In this document: piece after piece, positions 27,641 through 41,253 of the stretch | How the letters are laid out: every line of letters starts with the position of its first letter | Numbering within the stretch: the first letter of the stretch is position 1 | DNA from: Octopus vulgaris | Lineage: Eukaryota | Direction: 5' to 3' | Length of the DNA stretch: 64,000 nucleotides | NCBI GenBank assembly: GCA_951406725.2 | Contig: OX597823.1 | Span: 82,522,001-82,586,000, forward strand | Notes under the pieces: generated by a model | Databases searched by the model: none | What the model was told of the DNA's origin: nothing | The model's input: the letters and a program-made list of their open reading frames with translations, nothing else | Made by a program: the position numbers and the translations under genes

Positions 27641-27876
27641 TTTCACAATTTGTGCTTTTGTGTGTGTAATGAGATGGTTCTGTGTCAATAAATACGTAAA
27701 TATATGTTGTCTGTTCCTACAGAACGTGTTTTGTCACGGTATATCTTAATTGCTTGGGAAGTATGTGTCTATAACATTTGAAGCTCAATCAAGAAATGGT
27801 TTTGTCATTTCTAGTTCAAAATTGAAACACACCTGTATGGAAAACTCTGTATGTTACACTTTTGGTGTCGATCACT

Positions 27877-28289
27877 TACTCTTGACTCTTTTACTTGTTG
27901 CAGTCATTCGACTGCAGCCATGCTGGAGCACCGCCTTTAGTCTAGCAAATCGACCCCAGGACTTATTCTTTGTAAGCATAGTACTTATTCTATCGGTCTC
28001 TTTTGCCGAACCGCTATGTTACGGAAACGGAAACATACCAGCATCGGTTGTCAAGCAATGTTGGGAGGACAAACACAGACACACAAACACACACACACAC
28101 ACATATATACATATATATATATAAACATATATGCGAGGGGCTTCTTTCAGTTTCCGTCTACCAAATCCACTCACAAGGCTTTGGTCGGCCCGAGGCTATA
28201 GTAGAAGACACTTGCCCAAGGTGCCACGCAGTGGAACTGAACCTGGAACCATGTGGTTGGTAAGCAAGCTACTTACCACACAGTCACTC
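27877..28289 (-). mobile_element. Family B CORE-type SINE, full length
   Basis: Reverse complement of the copy at 25764. Confidence 0.92.
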
Positions 28290-28387
28290 AATGGGACCCA
28301 AATTGTCAATATTTAGTCACTCACATCATAAATGTTCCGTCGGAATTCTTTAACCAGTTTCAAAATAATAACCTTATTTATGTTTTA

Positions 28388-28428
<41 letters not shown>

Positions 28429-29160
28429 TGTGTGTCTGTGTGTCTGTGTCTCTGTGTGTGTATGTGTATTTCTGTGTATGCTGGAATTCAGTCGGCACTG
28501 ATCGAAGAGACTATGCTCAGAGATATTAAAATATTGGCAATAAATAAATAAATGGACGATGCATCAGAAGAGATTTCAGTTATCTTAAATTTCACTAGAG
28601 ATTGTACTGCTTTATATAGCAGGTCGAGCGACTACGCAGAGAAACCCTAGCTGCCTGAGAAATATAACATATTTAAATATATGAGAGCGAACAGCGGAGA
28701 ACGAGAAATAATTTTCCCGGGAAGTTTTCCCTATATTAGCAAAATCATTGACACAGCTGTATCTTGCATAAATTAATGCAAATGAAATGAAGGCTACAAA
28801 GTGCGGTGGGAAAGAAGATATGCAAATCAGAATGCAGTTTGGTCTGTTTGTGCTATAACAATAAATATGTTAATACGATATGTCTTCTTTGATTGGTGTT
28901 ATAAACTCCCTCGCACTTTCGGTCTTTTGTGATCATTCATTTAATATAGAAGTCAAGAGAGATAAAGGGGAGATAAATGACAATTTATAGCGGTGAAGCT
29001 ATTATTTCTTTCTGAGTAGAAATCTCACCGGGTTTGTTTTTCTCTTTTATCATTTAATGAGCAAAATGATAAATGAATAAATAAATAAATAAATAAATAA
29101 ATAAACTCAAGTTATAGTGTCAGTCGTCTAAACCAATCGCTGTTTATTCTTGTTTTTGTA

Positions 29161-29915
29161 ATGGCTTTATGGTTGGAAATTTTGTTTTCGACGGCAAGGT
29201 TTCGGGTTCAGTCTCGCTGCGTGATGCCTTAGGTAAGTGCCTCTTATTATATAGCCCAGGGCCGACCAATGTGCTGTGAGTGAGTTTGGTAAACGGAAAC
29301 TGAAAGAAATTCGTCGTATACATGTATGTCTTTGTGTTTGTGTTGTCTATCCCCCACCCATCGTCGGACAACCGGTACTGTTTTGTTTATGTCCCTGTAA
29401 CTTTGTAGTTCAGCAAAGAGATCGATGAAATACGTACAAAACTTTAAAACCTGGGGTCTTGAGTTGTTCAATTAAACCCTTCGAGGCGATGCCCCATATG
29501 ACCGCAGTCCAATGATAGAAATTAATAAAACATAGATAACAGAAAGATTATATCTCAGTACATAGGCGCAGTGGTTCTCGGTTCAATCCTACCGCGTGAC
29601 ACCTTGGGCAAGGGTCTTCTGCTATAGCCTCGGGGCAATCAAAGCCTTCTGAGTGGATTTGGTTGACGGAAAGTGAAAGAAGTACATGTTTGTGTGTCTG
29701 TGCTTGCCCCACCCCCACCCACCTACACTACCATCGCTTGACAACCGATGTCGGTGTGTTTACGTCCCCGTAACTTAGCGGTTCGGCAAAAGAGACTTAT
29801 AGAATAAGTACTAGGTTTACAAAGAATCAGTTCTGGGGTCGATTTGTTCGACTAAAGGCGGTGTTCCAGCATGGCCGCAGTCAAACGACTGAAACAAATA
29901 AAAGAATAAAAGAAT
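29161..29915 (+). mobile_element. Two tandem family B SINE copies (~29161-29530 diverged, ~29563-29915 younger)
   Basis: Both show the CORE-like segment, gacggaaactgaaagaa-like motif and the family 3' end. Confidence 0.85.
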
Positions 29916-32756
29916 TTAAAAAATAACAATAACGTGCATTGAGACGAAGGGAACTACAACCAGTTCAGATTTTCAGTAAGACTGCTTTAAATGTTAGTAA
30001 TATAAGCTTCAGTATATATTACAAACACGTTCGTGAAAATGAATCAGGAAGTGGTTTCTTTGCTGTATAATTTAACTTAATCTTAATCCTACGCCTGTGC
30101 CTTGGTTAGTAGCTGATTGGTATCTGTTGTAAGCATTCAGGACAGGTCTCTACTCTGTAGGTAAACTTCTCTCTCCCTTCTACCCATCAAGGAGACTTTG
30201 AAAATGCCCATATGCGCTGCGGTTCCTTATGATTAAGCTATTAGATCGGGTTGGGGGTAATACTGGGCTTTATCAAGTATTCATGACGTCTTGGACAACT
30301 GAAATTAATATCTCATTGAGGACAGAACAAGACATGTATAATGTGATAGCCATGACGCATTCAGGAAGCAATTTGTCAATTGTATCATATCACAATTTTC
30401 AATTCGACATTATTGTTTCAGAATTGACAAATTAGTGATGTCAAGAACGTTTTTTCCTTTCATGAATTTCCATGACAGGATCTTAAGAAATGCAGAGGGA
30501 CATCATGATTGAAATATACGTCAGTAATGTTGGGAAAACAATTGTTGTATCTTACGTATGAAGCCTGGGATGCAAATATCTCGATTTCTCTTTTATATGC
30601 AATAAGAATAAATGAAGATTTCTATCATGCTTTTTATATCTTACAATTAGTGTCACAATTTAAGCGATATGCGGTGTGTTTGAATTCTACAACAAATGGC
30701 TCAGGCCTGAATTAGCAGAGCAATATTAACAAAACGTAACTTGAAAAATCTTTCAATTTATATTTTACCTAATTTCGTGTTCTCTTGTCATTTATATAAT
30801 CTTATACATACATATATACATATATACATACATACATACACACGAGCCTTATATCTTTGTTGGAAACCGGCTCCTTCCTCAGTGGAAGATTTATGATAAT
30901 TAAAAAATAGAAGAGACTTACATACATACATTTATACTAATATATGTGTGTGTTGTCTACGCTATCCCCATCATCAAGGAAAGGAACTAGTTTTAAGTGG
31001 CAGTTGAACCCTTGCCAGTTTCTCTCTCCATTGGTTGCTTATCTGGTTCTAAATGATTAATACATGTGCCTGTCAGTTTATAACTAAGTGCAGTATATTT
31101 TATATAGTTAGTTCGATAGACAGAAAAGGAAAGAGAGAAGAGAGGGGCAGTTGGTTTTGGTTCAGAACCAAAACTAACAAACCTCGTAACCTATTCATTG
31201 AAATTGAAACACACTGACACTATGATAATAATATTGATCACCCAGGGCTGCGGAGAGAACTCAAATGCATAAGTGAGTATGAAAAGAATACAGTAAGCTG
31301 GAGAATGGTTTAAAATCGATCTCAGTGCTTTCGTAGCAGTGAACTGCACTCAATCACTCCCTTGTGTGTGCTTCTGTTTGAATTGATGCATCAGGGATGA
31401 ATTGTTTTCAGGATGCATACAAAACAACGCTAGTGACAAAAGAGTACTCATCGCCGCCATTTTAACTGGTAGTCCAAAACACTATACTTTCGATTAAGCA
31501 CTGATGCTGCTGCTATGATGATCTTACAACTGATCATTTATGATGATCTTACAGTTGATCATTTAGTCAAGGATAAAAAGGTAGACGTAATACCCATTAG
31601 TTATTTTTATTTTTAAGGCCCTAGAAATTGGTAGAAGGAAAGAAGGAAGGAAGAAAATGCAAAGGAAACCTGATTTATGTGCTTGCAACAGTGAACTCTG
31701 GTAAAGGCTCGTAAGGACCAAGTGATGGTTTTATGCCGAGTGACGAGTTTAGGCTTTTATTCAAGAACTCAGAACGAAAAGAGTTGACAGAGATATCGCA
31801 AGACATCTTGTCTGATTCTTTAACCGATTGCTCTGATACATCGTTATGGAATGATACTTTATATTACTGTTTATATCCCGAAAAGATGTAATTCCGAGTT
31901 GTCTTCAGCCAGCTGCGAACTAAGTACCAAAAGAAACAGGCATTTGACCATACACCCCAATGATTCAGCAACTTTGCCGTAAGCGAATCAGACTACTATA
32001 TCGGACAAATCGAATTGTTCTCCAGGCTGTAACCGATCAATAAGGTGAAGCTCAGTGCTGATAATTAATAAAATACATAACATTTACACTTGTTAACTTA
32101 ATACTCTTATCCACTTACAGTTAGGCGACCCAACTGTGTAACCTCAACTACTAGAAATAGCAGTCACATTTTCCCCAAATCCAGACTTACTGTCTTAAAA
32201 AGGAAGAACAATTTGATGAAGTAGGCCTAGAGAGAATATGGCTGAAAAAGATGAGGTGGCCAAAATTAGAACAGTTGTGCTCATAGGAATTACTCGATGA
32301 GAGCTGAGCTATGGCGAAACAATAACCCACAAATAGAGGATAAACTAGGCTGCTGAAGATTACGTATCTTAGCTGTCGATACAATTGGATACAAGAAATA
32401 TGGTCAAACCTCTGCTTCCTTCATTCGGTCATGCATAACTTTGATTATAAGTACACAACAGATACGCCAACAAAGTTAGAAACAATACTACTGACAGAAA
32501 ATACCGTCCGGTTGTGGAGGTTCAGCATATTAAGTACACATATGGCTGGGTGCAACATTTTTAATATAGCGAATTGAAAAACTTGCATCGAGTAGATAAA
32601 AGTATTTCATACTCTTCTTATAAATCAATGCTAATGTACAGTATGAAACGTATTGAGTAATCCTTCAATTTAATGTATAATTGTTTTTATTGCAACTCAA
32701 CATAAAAACAAACATTCATATGCATATTCATTATATATATATATATTATATACATG

Positions 32757-32811
32757 GAGACTAGTTTGATAAGTACCAATGCACGAAACTCTCGAACCTA
32801 AAGTCACTCTC
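32757..32811 (+). ncRNA. Candidate minimal type-I hammerhead ribozyme, U3-A8 core variant, in a (TA)n-embedded fragment
   Basis: agt-TTGATAA-GT(a)C caat G(c)AC-GAA-ACT...AGT-C-act gives stems I, II and III, intact GAAA and a GUC triplet at 32803-32805. Confidence 0.55.
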
Positions 32812-32812
32812 T

Positions 32813-32845
<33 letters not shown>

Positions 32846-33311
32846 GCGTGTGCTGTGTGTGTGTGTACTTCTAAATGTATTATGAATGCCTGTATGGGGG
32901 AGCATGAATAACCAGTTTAATAGTTAAGTTACAACTAAGTTTTAAACCATGGGCTGAAAAATCAGAAGATGATCAATAAATGAAGTGCTTAGTCGTGAAT
33001 TACTATTATTTTAATTATTTCAGCATGCAGGGGAAACAATTCATAGATACTTTGTTCTTATCATGACCTCATCAGCGAAAGATACACTTTATCGTATTTC
33101 CAGTAACAGGAAAGCCAAAACAGGCAGAAATGTTGTAAAAAGACAATTAAATATATATAGAAGTATCTACTTTTATGAAGAAGACATTTATCGCTAAAGC
33201 TTTAAGGCAAATTACAATAATAAAACTTTAATGCAAGTGATAAATATTTCCTTTGTGTGTGTAAACACTGACCTGCTTTATAGTTTGATTAATTCATCAT
33301 CTAATACATGA

Positions 33312-33343
<32 letters not shown>

Positions 33344-36300
33344 TAGTGACTCAAGTTACTAACCAGAGTGTCTGTAGGTATACACACACTCACCATATAT
33401 GATATTTATATACATACGTATAAGATATATATATATCTATCTATATATATATATATATATATACACCTTCGTATACACGCATAATCCGATTGAGACTATT
33501 TTACACAAATATTTCAAGAATCGGAACAGCTCAATGTACTAAATATCTAAATTTGTATCAGCAAGTTCTTATTAAAACGTTGGGCGTATGGCAAAAGTTG
33601 TTTATCGTAAAACTGTTTCGAATTTAAGCTAGTATATCCAGTGATTAGCATGTGGAACAGGTTTTTGTGTCGCGTTTTCAAACTGACCTATATTTATTCA
33701 TTCTATATTGTTTGTGTTTTGCTTTTTTTTTTTATCAAGTTTCTATTTATATTTTGGAGCAGAGGAAGGGGTGAGATATTACCTGTATAAGTGTGTGTTT
33801 GCGCTTGTATATTTATATTTATATATGTAAGTCAGTCGAGGAAGGAGAAAGAAGATTTATATCAGAAGCTAGGTGTAGATATTACGTCTGTTAATGGGAT
33901 CTGTAAATGTGTGCGTGTGTGTTGTGTTCACGCGTGTGGTTTCCCCTACGGGGCGAATGTAACTAATAAGTATATAGGGTTGACAAAATAAATGAGGTTG
34001 TATTGACCTGCTTGCCGGTGAATTTAGGTACCACTGTAAGAGGCACTGAGGTGTGGGCAGGAATGCTGAATCACAACAAGGTTAAGTAGAACAGCATTGG
34101 CAGAAGTATTTCAATAGTTATTCATATAACACGGACTCATACACATTTAGATTTGCATGTACGTTTAATATACTTAGGTATGTAATTATATATAAATATA
34201 TATAAAACTAACTTTTTGAGCGTGTAAAAGGAAAAAAATGATACACGGTCTGGAGGTACAACACACACATACACATATTGTGTGTGTATGTGTGTGTATG
34301 TGTGTTTATCTAAATGAAAAAGATATCTGAAAGTGTGTGCGTGAGAAAACGAGAAAGAAAATAGAAAAAATAAAGTGAAAGAGAGAAAGGAGGAGAGAGG
34401 GAGACAGGGAGAGTAGTAGCAGCAGCAGCAGCAGTCGTAGAGAGAAAGGAGAAGTGAGAGAGAGAGAAAAGGAGAGGGATATAATGAAAGAGAGAGAGAG
34501 AGAGAGATCATAGAGAAGTTAGGTGATTATGGTTGACAGTTTAGTGGGTGTTGGTAAAACGCAACATGAGAGGAGGTAAAAAATATAGTTGTAAAGCAGG
34601 AACGCCGAAACAGCTGGTGGACAAACAGCGTAGGCTGCTGACTCTTGTAGTGGCAGCAATTCTCAAGCTGACAAGAACCAGTCCCCTACAAACAAAATTT
34701 TATTCATGGATTTTTTTTTCTATTCTTGCCTCTCTTTCTTTTAATTATTGTTACTAATTTAAGCACAAGGTATAAAATTTGGAAGAAGTGGGTCAGTCGA
34801 TTATATCGACTGCTGTGCTGTATTTTATCGATCTGAGACGAATACAAGCCAAAGTTAAGCTCGTCTGGATTCGAGCTTAGAACGTAGACGGTTGTGAATG
34901 AATATCACTAATTTTTTTTCCGACTCTCTAACAATTCTGTCAGTCCGCAGCGTCAGAACATCTTTTAGTTCCATATAATTCTTCCAACTTTGCTCAAGTG
35001 TTGGACAAGTTTTAAAAGTTGGAAATCAGTTTAATTGTATTTCTCGTGGCGATTTGACAAGCCCTTTTTTAATTCTCACAGGTTTCTTCCTCCTCCCGGC
35101 GAAATATCGATGGAGTGGATTCATATATACTTAGCCCCTGAACAAGCATATGAATAAAATGATTTAATAAGCATGAAACGCTTGAAGGGACACTGGCATC
35201 TGACTCCTGCATATTTTATTGACCTCGCAAGAATGAAAATGCAAACAGATTCAGGCGTGGTTCGAAATCCGTATGAGTAAAGCGACTCAAGAAAATGTCA
35301 CGGGGCACTTTATCTGATGATCAAAAGCATCATGAATGCCAATAACCTTCAGTTGAAGTGTAAAAATCGTACTAAAAAACAATTGACAATCAAACCATAA
35401 CCATCTCGTCCTTTTCCAGACAACTGTTTTGAGGACTACATTATCTAATATTTTGTTCCGCCTTGAAGACCGTACAGCGCGATTCGAGGGATATTTGGTT
35501 GTTATTTCTTGTGGTTCGAGCAACCACATAGAGGTTCTTTTGTTGCCTCATTGATAAAAAAACAATAGGCAAAAAAATCAAGTCCTTGGAAGATCAGAAC
35601 AGTTGTTAGCAAATTAAAAAGGTAACTGTTGATCCAGTATGCGTTACTAATTTTAACAACAGCCATCTAGAGATTTCAACTATATCGCGAAATGATTGCG
35701 GAATTTCGTTACGCTGCCTCATACATTCTGAGCTCAAATCCTGCTAAGGTCGACATTGCTTTTCTGCTTAGGAGATCGACAAAGCAATTTACCTGCCAAT
35801 TAGTAAGTGAATGTAATCAACAATAACCACATACTTAAATGCGTGACCTTGTGGTTAGCCCAGAAATTGATAAAGTATTTACATTTCGACTTAAAGTAAA
35901 AGGTGAACAGAGATCCTTCGTTGGTTTCTGCGATGAGTATTCCATTTGTTCCATCAGCTGATTTGGTTATTCTTTTGATGTATAGTGTAAGCGACTGAGA
36001 ATCTCAAAAACGTATGTCCTTGATCAAATTCAGTCAAAGTCAATATGACACTGATTGTGACAAGTCTGGGCATTGTGAATAACAAGTACGGTCCACCCGG
36101 TGGCTTTTGTCTGGTCCCATTCATTCACGTAGGTAGGACCAGACACGAGACGAGGCTTCATAGTTGCAAAGAGAATTGTTGTTAACCATTAAACCATGCA
36201 GTCGTTCGACCTCCAGATACAAACACTTGACTTTCATCTTACCCGACCTAACAGTTGTTTAAATGAAGGTCGGAAAGAGAATTAAATAATATAGGTTAAT

Positions 36301-39269
36301 GCCAAGAATGTGACACAGACGAGTCCAAAAATTTTGAGTTAAGCTACGTGACAATATTAACAATCTGAACGTTTTTACATCGACAGTTCACAGTATTTAA
36401 CTGATATTTACTTTATCGATCAGAAAGATACGTGGAACACAAAGGTGACTCCCTGCTTTCATTCTCTTCACAACACCTATTTCACTTTCTGTACTGAGGT
36501 CGACATTGTCCTTCACTCTGTTCTTCCTTGGATATACCGATCCAATGCGGTGGATTAGCGGAACTGTGAAAATGTCAGACCTGGTGTTTTAAGGTAATGG
36601 TTTCAGGTCTTTACACTGAGTTCAAATTCCGCATTGACCTTCTTCAGTGGTAGGCTTCACGCCTCCATCTGGCATAAGGAACACAAGGAAAAAATAGCTA
36701 ATATAAGAAAGATTGGGGAGGAACTGATAAAAGAGAAGATTATGTATACATACACATACACACTCGAATACGTATATATATATATATACAGATGGAGAGA
36801 GAAATGCAGTCAAACATAGTTAGAGAGATGGATAGATAATCAGACAGGTTATATTTATAGATAGATAGATTGATGAACTGAGAGTGAGGCGAGAAAGAGA
36901 TAATGATAAAATTTAGAAGGAAAAAGTAGACTTTCGTAGTTGGTGTATGAGAGTTAGAGAGAAAAGTGGAGTGGCTGGAGAGAGTGAAAAGAAGAAAACT
37001 GAGAAAAGTTACAAACGAAGAGAATCAGATTTTCAGAATAAGAATTTTAAAATAAGTTTGAATTCTGGAGGGAATATTAGAAATAAAATCAGAATTTTTA
37101 TGAGAAGAAATAATATAGAATTATTAATAACGGAATATTGATGGGAGGAAAGCATATGATCTACTGATAAGGACATTGCACTCATGATCTCGCGATCGTA
37201 CTTTCAATTCTTGCACTCACGATTGTGAGATTGTGGTTTCGGTTCTCGGACCGGGTGGTATGTTGCATTTTTGAGCAAAACATTTTATTTTATGTTGCTG
37301 CAGTTCATTCACCTTTCAGAGGAAATTTTAATATTTCGATTACTTATACAAGATTGCAATCATGTAACCGGTCCTATGAATCCTAAGACTCGTGATCCAG
37401 GGATCTACTTTTATTGCAAGGGACCGGACTGGAGCTTCAATGATTGAGGATAAATCTAAGTACTCTGTCTTATTTAATTCAGCACTGTCTTTTCCATAGC
37501 AATTCCCTGCCATTTATGGGTAAAGAACATTGACTTTAGTTTATAACACATGCTTATCGGTACACCTTTTAGCACAAAGGAAGTAGCTATATACGTGTTT
37601 CAATTCCAAATTGCTTTCGTAATGCATTGAATGTAGCATCATCTTTGTTGCCTCAGACAGGAATGGGCAACCTTTTTCGAGATGCAAGCGACATTAAACA
37701 TTGCTCATCAGCTAGCAGGCCGAAATAATTAAATAGTTCAAGGTAAGGTTTTGTTAGTTTTGCAATAAGGAAGTCACACAGGACTTAGTTTTCCTATGAC
37801 CACGCTAAGATATGTCTTGCTCGTTGATGGAATAACGGAAGAAACAAAATCATAGCAAAAATCTAATCTAGTGTATTTACATGTTCCTAATCAAGCCATT
37901 AATGATAGCAGCATGAATGTGCATCGTAAGCAGCTAAATTTATTTAGTTTCATTCAGCCTTTTGTGATTCTGATGACCCAATTTTAAGGTCAGGGTCCAT
38001 TTTCATTCCTGACCTTGAGTGTTTCAATGTCATCTCTGATGGAAACTGGGAAAGACATTATAGTCACAACATCTCTTTCTCTTGCTACCCTATAAGATTG
38101 TAATATTTCATGCGCATATAAGGAAAAATGATCACAGATCTAAGAAGCAGGTGGGGACAATGACACATTTTTTTCATAACATATATAGGAGAATATATAT
38201 ACTTGCTAATCGCTACTGCTGCCATATGAATACATGTATGTGTGTGTATATATGTGAGTATTTATATGTGTGTATATACAAATATATATATATACATATA
38301 TGTGCAGAGAGAGAGTATTATATAATGTCAGTATTTGCCCGGCAGTATTTGAGTATATGTGCATGTATGTGCGATCTGGTGAATGTGAATTTGCATACGT
38401 GTGAGTGAGTAATTTTACTGAGAATACTTTCACATTTCGGATACCTTTTCTTTAACCTTATATGGAACTCATTGCTTTGTTGAAGACTTAAACGTCAATG
38501 CAGCTAGTTTTTTTTTTTTACATACCAGCCAACTGAATTAATAAGAAATGACTTTGAGCGAATGAAAACCCACCTAACAGGTTGTTCACCGCCAAATCAA
38601 TTATACACGACCAGTTCTGGAACTAGTTGACACCAGCCATACGTTCTATAACGACAAGAGTCTGAATTATGCTTCCGAGAACCAGTAATATTGACTATAA
38701 GCTGAATTCAAGTCTCGTGTCTATATTTCGCAAGAATTAAGCAAGTTATGACCAGTATTTAAATTTATCTTGGTATATCTTTGTTTGATTTGTAACTCGG
38801 TGTAGACAACTGGTTCTTCGCCGAATAACAAATAAGTTAAAATATGCTGTTCAGAATTTCTTTTCAAATAAAAACTATTTATCTAGAGTTGGGAGGAGAG
38901 GAGAAAACATACCGTAACATCTGGCCATTTCATTTGGCTTGGGCCTAAAATTTGAAATGTTAAACTTTTGTTTATTCATTGTGAGAAAGAATGCCAGAAC
39001 TGGTATATCTTCAGATCATCAAAAACTGTGAGACAGAAAAAAATACTTGATTTAATTGCGAATAATACTTGATGAGTATTATTATATACTGGTTTTAGAC
39101 GAAGTACACAGTGTTCCTTAGCTTTGTAAGAGGAGACTAAAAGAAGTGATCACAGAGTATCTGATTGTGGAACACTATCTTAGAAAACCTTATACCAATA
39201 TGGAAAAGCAGGAGTAAAAGGATGATTATGGTGGTGGTGGTGGTGGTTATAGTATTGATAGTAGTGGTA

Positions 39270-39606
39270 GTGAAGGCACATGGCTCAGTCGTTAGAGAGT
39301 CGAACTTGCGATCGTGAGATCGTGAGTTCGAATCCCGGACTGGACTGCGTGTTGTGTTTTTCAGCAAGACACTTTATTTTACGTTGCTCTAGTTCACTCA
39401 GCTGTAGAAATGAGTTGCGACGTCACAGGTGCCAAGCTGCATCGGCTATTGCTTTTCCCATGGATAACACCGGTGGCGTGTAGTGGAGAGGCCAGTATGC
39501 GTGGGTGACTGCTGGTCTTCCATAAATATCCTTGCTCGGACTTGTGCCTGGGACGGTAACTTTCTAGGTGCAATCCCACGGTCAGTTATGACCAAAGTGG
39601 GTCTCA
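39270..39606 (+). mobile_element. tRNA-derived SINE, family C, apparently full length
   Basis: A-box tggctcagtcgttaga, B-box gagttcgaatccc, then cagcaagacacttta and cactcagctgtagaaatgag. Inserted in a (GTG/GTA) tract. A degenerate relative lies at ~37150-37315. Confidence 0.85.
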
Positions 39607-40330
39607 TTAGTGGTAGTGCTGATGATGACAATGTTACTAGTGTTGATGATGATAAAAACAATAATAATGGTAATGATGACAGACAGAAAGGAAAGAAACA
39701 TGACCCAGGACAATTTTCTTAAATATAGGGACTCTAGAAGCTTGGACCCGAGAAAGGAAGAGATAAACAATGGGCTAAGTTCGTGTCGAGGAATCAGACA
39801 TTGATCGTTGATACACGCACAACGAACTAATTTCACAACGAAATGTGTACGAGACTCCGTACTTTGATTCTGGTTTTGACCCTGATTGTCAGTCCCATCA
39901 CGTATACCACCGTATACAACCGTTGCTCTGCGGCAGACTTCATTATGGTGAATTCCCTTTCGTTGTAGTACTAAAAGTATAGGACGTAGTGTTTATTTAT
40001 ATATTTATAGTATTAGAAACTTGATTTTTCTCTAATGTCACTCAGCGATAAGACATACTGACTTCAGGTGAATGCTGATACGAGGTGTGAAGTATTCGGA
40101 CGATTGGTTTCAGATAAGAGGATTATATTTGTCTGCTTTATGCTAAAATGATGATTCTCGGTAAGGTTAAGTCTATATTGTGAGCTGACGAGCAAAAGAA
40201 TTCGGAGAATGTATAAATATATTTGAATTAATTATGATTAACGAAGTAAAACATGATGTGATACGAATTTGGTGTAATAAGATTTGAATTACAAGGCCAA
40301 AACACAAGCAATGAACAAATTTCGTTGACT

Positions 40331-40497
40331 ATAGCCGTGTGGTAAGAATTGTGCCTATCAAACCTCATGGTTCCGGGTTCAGTCCCACTACACTGCAAAT
40401 TAGAAAATTAAGTATTGGGGTCGATATGTTCGAGCAAACCCTTCAAGCCTGCATCAAACATGGCCGCAGTTTAATGACTGAAACAAGTAAGACGTAA
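40331..40497 (+). mobile_element. Internally deleted family B SINE
   Basis: Head catggttccgggttcagtcccact joined almost directly to the 3' end catggccgcagtttaatgactgaaacaagtaa. Confidence 0.75.
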
Positions 40498-41089
40498 ATA
40501 GCATGTATAAATTTGTATTTTATGAAGACAATTAGCAAAGGCTGTACTATTAATATTAATCATTTCTATTAAGGTCTATTCAATGGTTACTTTTCTTGAC
40601 TAAGAACAAAACTAAGAGGAACGGAAAGTAGATCACAACCGAGTAGATTTGGAATTCAAAATAAAGATACGAGGTTAATTTTAAGATTTCACATTGTGTC
40701 ACAAGACGATAATCATGTACTCGATTCCATTGTCTGACTGATTGCTGTTTTATGGACTTCAATAGAATGATAAATAAATGAAATCTTCCTGAGATTTTGA
40801 AGTGAGATCATACACGGAAACGCTAAAAATGTCCCACGTATTGAAAGCGGCGGTCTTTGAAGTTCTCCTAAATTTCTGCTTTGCGCATACAGACTGTTTA
40901 TATATTTCAAGTATTTATAATACTGAGACATACCAATGAGGTATGCATGAATGCATACATGTATCTATGTATAATATGTAATATATGCATTCATTCAAAC
41001 GTATGTATATATAAATATATATGTATATATACAAACATATATAAATACATGTGCACAAAAACACACACACATATATAGGCGTAGGAGTC

Positions 41090-41217
41090 TCAAAAGACAC
41101 CGATAGAATAAGTACTTTGCTTTCAAAGAATAAGTCATGCGGTCGATTTGCTCGACTAAAGGCAGTGCTCTAGCATGGCCACAGTCAAATGACTGAGGCA
41201 GCTAAAAGAGTAAAGGA

Positions 41218-41219
<2 letters not shown>
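41090..41219 (+). mobile_element. Family B SINE 3' fragment
   Basis: caaaagacaccgatagaataagtact...gtcaaatgactga. Confidence 0.8.

Positions 41220-41253
<34 letters not shown>

Noticed and set aside
36108-36145. 10-bp stem tgtctggtcc/ggaccagaca, and a 13-bp palindrome at 31151-31177
   Set aside because: Short isolated hairpins with no supporting context, so no function can be assigned.
39270-39345. tRNA-like sequence with A and B boxes
   Set aside because: No convincing acceptor stem or cloverleaf, and it continues into a SINE body, so it is called a SINE head. The same applies at ~52215-52289.
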